Origin: Idiomarina loihiensis L2TR
Lineage (GTDB): Bacteria > Pseudomonadota > Gammaproteobacteria > Enterobacterales > Alteromonadaceae
Reading direction: 5' to 3'
NCBI RefSeq assembly: GCF_000008465.1
Contig: NC_006512.1
Span: forward strand, 1,080,001-1,112,000
DNA length: 32,000 bases
Part shown: in pieces, positions 27,039 through 32,000 of the stretch
How positions within the stretch are numbered: position 1 is the first letter of the stretch
Layout: every line of letters begins with the position of its first letter
The notes under the pieces: generated by a model
Seen by the model: only the letters and a program-made list of their open reading frames with translations
The model's database searches: none
Told to the model about the DNA's origin: nothing
Translations under genes and position numbers: made by a program

Positions 27039-27721
27039 GCACTGGCCTGCTGATACCAGTCGCCCAATACAATACGTTTAGCAGGTTTGCCGTCACCGAG
27101 AGTAAAGCAATGCACGGCCGGACGGTGTGTGTGACCATGAATTAGCTTTCTAACGCCGTGCTTTTCCATAACATGCAGCACTTCACTGTGCTGAGCATCC
27201 ATTTTATAAAGCTGTTCCGGGGTTAATTCAGGTCTTTGGCTACTGGATTTTTGCCGTAACCGATTAGCAATACGCATACGCCAGGACAAGGGTAAGCTGC
27301 GCATAATACCTTTGACCATAGCATTCTGGATAATAGCCCGATAACGCAGATAGCCTTTATCCAGCGTACATAAGGTATCACCGTGCATCAGCAGTATCCG
27401 CTCGCCATACAAGTCAATGACCGTTTCATCCGGGAGAAGGGTTAAGCCAACGTCGCTGGCAAAACGCTCACCCACCATGAAATCACGGTTCCCGGCCATA
27501 AAGTAAAGGCGTACACCGCTATCCGTCATGTGCTTCAGCTGACTTTTTACTTGCGCCGCAAATTCGCTGGTGTCGTCGTCGCCCAGCCAGGCATCGAACA
27601 AATCACCTAGAATATATAGCGCATCAAGATTTTGGTGTTGCTGACAAAAGTCATCAAAAGCAGCCAGAATATCTGGCCGCCCCGGACTTAAATGTAAGTC
27701 AGCGATAAAACCGGTGGTCAT
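27020..27721 (-). CDS. lpxH: UDP-2,3-diacylglucosamine diphosphatase
   Basis: MTTGFIADLHLS (E. coli: MATLFIADLHL). Metallophosphatase motifs GDLFD, GNRD, HGD and GHTHRP. Starts 4 nt after the ppiB stop, as in the E. coli ppiB-lpxH operon. Confidence 0.93.
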   Translation of the reverse strand: MTTGFIADLHLSPGRPDILAAFDDFCQQHQNLDALYILGDLFDAWLGDDDTSEFAAQVKSQLKHMTDSGVRLYFMAGNRDFMVGERFASDVGLTLLPDETVIDLYGERILLMHGDTLCTLDKGYLRYRAIIQNAMVKGIMRSLPLSWRMRIANRLRQKSSSQRPELTPEQLYKMDAQHSEVLHVMEKHGVRKLIHGHTHRPAVHCFTLGDGKPAKRIVLGDWYQQASAYLVSK

Positions 27722-27725
27722 GGAA

Positions 27726-28223
27726 TCAGTCTTTAACCGACACACTTTCAATAACCACGTCTTCAACCGGCACGTCCTGATGGAAGCCCGCTGAACCGGT
27801 TTTCACGTCTTTAATGGTGTTTACCACATCCATACCTTCAACAACTTCTGCGAATACACAATAACCATAGCCATTCGGTGTTTCATTCTGAAAGTTTAAA
27901 AAGGCATTGTCGTTCACGTTAATGAAAAATTGAGACGATGCGGAATGAGGATCGGGCGTGCGCGCCATAGCCACCGAGCCAACCACATTGGGTTTTGCTG
28001 TCGGCGCTTCGTTTTCAATATTCGCGCGTGTTTCTTTTTGCTTCATGCCAGGCTCAAAACCACCGCCCTGCACCATGAAGTTACTAATAATACGGTGAAA
28101 AATTGTGCCGTCATAAAAACCGTCACGGGCATACTGTAAAAAGTTATCTACAGTCTTAGGCGCGGTTTCATTGTGCATTTCTAAAGTGATATCACCATGA
28201 TTGGTATGTAAAACGACTTGCAT
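27726..28223 (-). CDS. ppiB: peptidyl-prolyl cis-trans isomerase B (cyclophilin)
   Basis: [14 protein letters not shown]..., [22 protein letters not shown] and [14 protein letters not shown] are nearly colinear with E. coli PpiB. The ATG at 28223 aligns with the E. coli start, and the alternative ATG at 28241 adds 6 aa. Confidence 0.93.
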   Translation of the reverse strand: MQVVLHTNHGDITLEMHNETAPKTVDNFLQYARDGFYDGTIFHRIISNFMVQGGGFEPGMKQKETRANIENEAPTAKPNVVGSVAMARTPDPHSASSQFFINVNDNAFLNFQNETPNGYGYCVFAEVVEGMDVVNTIKDVKTGSAGFHQDVPVEDVVIESVSVKD

Positions 28224-28340
28224 TGAATGTACCTGTTTCATTGACTAAACCAGCCAATAGTGTACCAGAGCCGTACCATAGGTGGTATCATAAGCCCCCA
28301 GTTTTCATCGCTAACCGTTTAAAAGTAAGAGACACTATTT

Positions 28341-29720
28341 ATGGCATTAACCGTATTTAACACCCTCACTCGCAAAAAGCAGTTATTTGAGCCTATTCAA
28401 CCCGGCCATGTGGGTATTTATGTGTGCGGTGTTACCACTTACGACTACTGCCATATTGGCCATGCCAGAACTTATGTCGCTTTTGATATTGTTGTGCGCT
28501 ATCTGCGCAAGCTGGGGTACAGCGTTAAATACGTCCGCAACATTACTGATCTAGACGATAAAATCATTAAACGTGCAGCAGAAAACGGAGAAGATTTTCA
28601 TCAGGTGACTGAGCGTTTTATTCGGGAAATGCACAAAGATTTTGACGCGTTGAACTTAGTCCGTCCCGATATTGAACCACGTGTAACCAGTCATATGGAT
28701 GAAATTATCCTGATGATTGAACGCCTTATTGAAAACGGTAACGCCTATGAAGCCGGTAACGGCGACGTTCTGTTTGATGTTTCTACATTTAACGATTATG
28801 GCAAGCTCAGTCGTCAGGACTTAGAGCAATTACAAGCGGGTTCACGGGTTGATGTTGATGCGGCCAAGCAAGATCCGCTCGACTTTGTACTCTGGAAAAG
28901 TGCTAAACCCGGAGAGCCCAGCTGGTCTTCGCCCTGGGGCGAAGGTCGCCCGGGCTGGCATATTGAATGTTCAGCAATGAATAAGAAGCACTTAGGCAGC
29001 ACTTTCGATATTCATGGTGGCGGCTCTGACTTGTCTTTTCCTCATCATGAAAATGAAATAGCTCAAAGCTGCTGCGCAAATCAATCTGAGTACGTAAAGT
29101 ACTGGATGCACAGCGGTATGGTGCAGGTCGACAATGAAAAAATGTCGAAGTCACTAGGTAACTTTTTCACGATTCGCAGCGTACTGGAACAATACGACGC
29201 GGAAACGGTTCGTTATTTTCTGCTGTCGAGTCACTATCGCTCGCAGCTGAACTATACTCAGGAAAACCTGGATCAGGCGCACTCCGCTCTGGAGCGCTTA
29301 TACACCGCATTGCGTGACATAACACCGCAAACCGCCAGCGAAGAATTGCGTAGTAAATACTGGCAGAGCTTTCAGCAGGCAATGGACGACGACTTAAACG
29401 CGCCGGAAGCCATGAGTGTGTTATTTGAAATTGCCCGGGAAATTAACCGCAACCGCGAGAGTGCTCCGGACACAGCCGCGCAGTTAGCGCACGTTTTGCT
29501 TGAGCTGGCTGAGGTAATGGGGCTGCTGCAACAGTCTCCGGAAGAGTTTTTACAAGGTGACGACGACGATGTCGCCAAAATTGAAGCGTTGATTGCCAAG
29601 CGTAATCAGGCCCGGGAAGATAAAGACTGGGCCGCAGCAGACGAAGCCCGTGATGAACTAACCAACATGGGCATTGTTTTAGAAGACGGTGCTGAAGGCA
29701 CCCGCTGGCGTCGCGCTTAA
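28341..29720 (+). CDS. cysS: cysteine--tRNA ligase
   Basis: Class I signatures CHIGHARTY (HIGH) and KMSKSLGN (KMSKS). 459 aa. Divergent from ppiB, as in E. coli. Confidence 0.97.
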   Translation: MALTVFNTLTRKKQLFEPIQPGHVGIYVCGVTTYDYCHIGHARTYVAFDIVVRYLRKLGYSVKYVRNITDLDDKIIKRAAENGEDFHQVTERFIREMHKDFDALNLVRPDIEPRVTSHMDEIILMIERLIENGNAYEAGNGDVLFDVSTFNDYGKLSRQDLEQLQAGSRVDVDAAKQDPLDFVLWKSAKPGEPSWSSPWGEGRPGWHIECSAMNKKHLGSTFDIHGGGSDLSFPHHENEIAQSCCANQSEYVKYWMHSGMVQVDNEKMSKSLGNFFTIRSVLEQYDAETVRYFLLSSHYRSQLNYTQENLDQAHSALERLYTALRDITPQTASEELRSKYWQSFQQAMDDDLNAPEAMSVLFEIAREINRNRESAPDTAAQLAHVLLELAEVMGLLQQSPEEFLQGDDDDVAKIEALIAKRNQAREDKDWAAADEARDELTNMGIVLEDGAEGTRWRRA

Positions 29721-29748
29721 CCGACAAACTGATTAAGAGGTTTTACCT

Positions 29749-31293
29749 ATGGCATTTGCACAGTTGCAAATCGTCAGCTCACTGGCTGACGCATACTCAA
29801 AAGATGGTGCCGACGCACTTATCTTAATTGGAAATTTTGATTCTATTGACGACTCAGCTTTGGCTGAAACTATCCAGCAGGCACAAATTACCGATCAAAG
29901 AGTGGGAAAACAGCCGTTGCTGTTAAAAGCAGACGGTGTTCCGGGCCAGCGTTTGGTCGCGGCACCTACCGGGCCGTTAAACCGTGACTTTGACGATGTC
30001 CGCCAGGTTTTCGATGCGGCACATGCTGCAGCAAAAGTTGCACAGGATGCCGGCGCACGCCACCCGGTTATTGCACTAAATAATGTCAACGTAAATGACG
30101 AACGTTACCAACAAGCCTTTTTAGCCGCTTACCTTGGCTTTTGTCAGGCACTTTACCAGCCACTGGAAGCTCGTGAAGCTCATGGTGAAGAAGCCATTGA
30201 ACCGACTCAGAACGTCATTTTAGTTGGAGAGCTTGACGTTGAATGGGCTATGGCAGTTGAAGCCGGTAAACGCGTTGCTCGCGATCTTGCAGGTACCGAA
30301 CCTGAGCGTATGGCACCACCTAAATTCGCTGAGTATTGCCGCCAGGCTTTTGCGCACACTTCGGTTAAGGTCACGGTTATCGATGACTACCAACAACTCC
30401 AACATGAGTACCCTTTGCTGGCAGCCGTTGGTCGCTCATCAATGGCTGTGGAGCGTCACCGCCCTTGTGTTATTCGCCTTGAGTATCACGGCAATAACCC
30501 GGAGCGTACGGTCATGTTTGCCGGTAAAGGTATTGTTTATGATACCGGTGGTGCTGACTTAAAAACCGGTGGTCATATGGCTGGTATGAGCCGCGATAAA
30601 GGTGGTGCCGCAGGCGTTGCCGGCTTCTTAAAAACGGTTTCGGAATTACAGCCAGAACACCTTAATGTGGTTGCTGAGATAGGCGCGGTACGTAACAGCA
30701 TTGGTTCGGATGCTTTTGTTGCCGATGAAATTATTACCGGCCACAGCGGCAAGCGTGTCCGCATTGGTAATACCGATGCCGAAGGCCGTCTGATAATGGC
30801 CGACTTGTTGTCGCATTTGCGCGAAGAAGCGGCGAAAAGTGATGGCGAACACGAATTGTATACGGTAGCAACTCTGACAGGCCACGCAGCCCTTTCAAAA
30901 GGTCCATACAGCGCTCTGGTACCCAATGGCCATGCACGTCGTCAAAATCTGGCTCAGGCTCTATTCAATGCAGGCGAAACCTATGGTGACCCAACAGAAA
31001 TATCCTGGTCACGTCGTGAAGACTTTGACTTTGTTAAAGGCCGTACCTTGTGCGATGACCTGTTGTCATCTAACAACGGTCCTTCTGCTGCTACGCCACG
31101 TGGACACCAGTTCCCAATGGCATTTCTGACCGGAGTATCCGGCCTGGACAATCATGGCATTGATAGTGAGCACCCAATAAGTTATATCCATATTGATATT
31201 GCCGGTAGCGGTGTGGAAGGCGGAGACTGGCAACACGGCAAACCAACAGCAGCTCCGGTTACTTGTCTGGCGGGTCATTACCTGAAGAAATAA
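29749..31293 (+). CDS. M17 leucyl aminopeptidase family protein
   Basis: M17 catalytic-domain motifs VYDTGGADLKTGG, NTDAEGRLIMADLL and VATLTGHA. The N-terminal domain is divergent. AAGAGG lies 8 nt before the ATG. Only 28 nt after the cysS stop, with no hairpin. Confidence 0.88.
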   Translation: MAFAQLQIVSSLADAYSKDGADALILIGNFDSIDDSALAETIQQAQITDQRVGKQPLLLKADGVPGQRLVAAPTGPLNRDFDDVRQVFDAAHAAAKVAQDAGARHPVIALNNVNVNDERYQQAFLAAYLGFCQALYQPLEAREAHGEEAIEPTQNVILVGELDVEWAMAVEAGKRVARDLAGTEPERMAPPKFAEYCRQAFAHTSVKVTVIDDYQQLQHEYPLLAAVGRSSMAVERHRPCVIRLEYHGNNPERTVMFAGKGIVYDTGGADLKTGGHMAGMSRDKGGAAGVAGFLKTVSELQPEHLNVVAEIGAVRNSIGSDAFVADEIITGHSGKRVRIGNTDAEGRLIMADLLSHLREEAAKSDGEHELYTVATLTGHAALSKGPYSALVPNGHARRQNLAQALFNAGETYGDPTEISWSRREDFDFVKGRTLCDDLLSSNNGPSAATPRGHQFPMAFLTGVSGLDNHGIDSEHPISYIHIDIAGSGVEGGDWQHGKPTAAPVTCLAGHYLKK

Positions 31294-31323
31294 CTTTTAC
31301 GAAAGCACTTTATTGAAAACAAT

Positions 31324-31367
31324 AAAAAATGCCCGATTCTGGTTAAACAGAACCGGGCATTTTTTTA
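31324..31367. terminator. bidirectional rho-independent terminator
   Basis: AAAAAATGCCCGATTCTG-GTTAAA-CAGAACCGGGCATTTTTTT. Roughly 12-13 bp stem with one mismatch, flanked by an A-run and a T-run. Lies between the convergent M17 peptidase and Yip1-family genes. Confidence 0.8.
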
Positions 31368-31380
31368 TTTAGCATTTACC

Positions 31381-31980
31381 TTAAGAAATAAAATCTGGCC
31401 CAAAACCATTGGTCCATAAAATGGCGGTTGTTGCCATGAGTACAACCATAGCAATAAGACCTGCGGTCACTACCGAGCTCGCGTACAGAAAGCCACGTTC
31501 TTCCGGAATGTGCATAATAACCGGTAGGCCTGAGTAAAGCAGGTAAACCGAATAAGCCACACCAATAAGAAAAACGGAAGCAACAAACCACAGCTCAGGA
31601 TAAATTGACGCTATCCCCGACATAATAACCGGAGTTGCCGCGTAAGCTGCTAATTCAAGCGATTTCGTATAGCTGGGATCAGCACCAAAGGTTTTTGCCA
31701 TCCAGTAAATTAAGTAAGCCAACGCAAACGTGGCTCCCAAAATACCAATATACATTGCAACGCCAAGCATGATGCCACTGCTTTGGGTAAGATAAATAGA
31801 CTCGCGGGCACCAACACTCCAGCCGATATGAGCTGAAGCATAGTAAGCTGCCAGACAAGGTAATATTGCTATCAGTAAAATATGAGAACACGAATAAAGA
31901 AAGCTCTCACGCTTGCTGTCTATCGATTTCCACTCTTGCGCTGGATGGGCGTATAAACCCCAAATATGATTCAGTATCAT
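31381..31980 (-). CDS. Yip1-domain family integral membrane protein (function unknown)
   Basis: 199 aa with about five hydrophobic helices. The N-terminus IWGLYAHPAQEWKSI resembles the Yip1/YohC-type family. GGGGAAG SD-like stretch upstream of the ATG at 31980. Confidence 0.7.
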   Translation of the reverse strand: MILNHIWGLYAHPAQEWKSIDSKRESFLYSCSHILLIAILPCLAAYYASAHIGWSVGARESIYLTQSSGIMLGVAMYIGILGATFALAYLIYWMAKTFGADPSYTKSLELAAYAATPVIMSGIASIYPELWFVASVFLIGVAYSVYLLYSGLPVIMHIPEERGFLYASSVVTAGLIAMVVLMATTAILWTNGFGPDFIS

Positions 31981-32000
31981 AATTTCACTTCCCCATAGTT

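Noticed and set aside
15400-27100. Idea that the fldB-to-OlsF-like stretch is a horizontally acquired island or a novel multi-gene system.
   Set aside because: - There is no integrase, transposase, tRNA target, flanking direct repeat or phage gene.
- The genes are on mixed strands with individual signals.
- Each gene has a recognisable housekeeping-type family.
- A GC or codon-usage calculation, which I could not run, would be needed to argue otherwise.
1-32000. Searched by eye for CRISPR repeats, tRNA/rRNA genes, REP/ERIC-like intergenic repeats and riboswitch-sized leaders.
   Set aside because: All intergenic gaps are 180 nt or shorter. None shows repeat-spacer periodicity, cloverleaf potential or conserved riboswitch cores.

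Overview
The window reads as a mostly core chromosomal segment of a marine gammaproteobacterium. An Alteromonadales- or Vibrio-like relative is my guess from protein similarity and gene order only. I call 25 intact protein genes. I found no rRNA, tRNA, CRISPR array, transposase, integrase or phage gene, and no long repeat.

Three blocks keep E. coli-type synteny:
- fabB-pdxB-usg-(fimV)-truA-accD-folC-dedD-cvpA-purF on the minus strand, 13152 down to 1593.
- fabB / mnmC / yfcL.
- lpxH-ppiB, divergent from cysS.

The region from about 15.4 to 27 kb and 29.7 to 31.3 kb is more lineage-specific. It holds fldB fused in an operon-like way to a large secreted zinc metalloprotease, a hotdog thioesterase and an S9B dipeptidyl peptidase. 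It also holds a TonB-dependent receptor with two histidine/acidic insertions, an M28 lipoprotein aminopeptidase, a two-domain OlsF-like aminolipid acyltransferase and an M17 aminopeptidase.

The two best-supported discoveries are regulatory. A Zur-type box overlaps the promoter of the His-rich receptor. A near-consensus Pho box sits in front of the OlsF-like gene.

I do not see a convincing previously undescribed multi-gene system such as a defence, toxin-antitoxin or secretion locus. Every ORF over about 100 aa that is not an antisense shadow has a recognisable family. All similarity statements come from reading the translations and from remembered family motifs. No database search, HMM scan, GC or codon statistic, or fold prediction was run.
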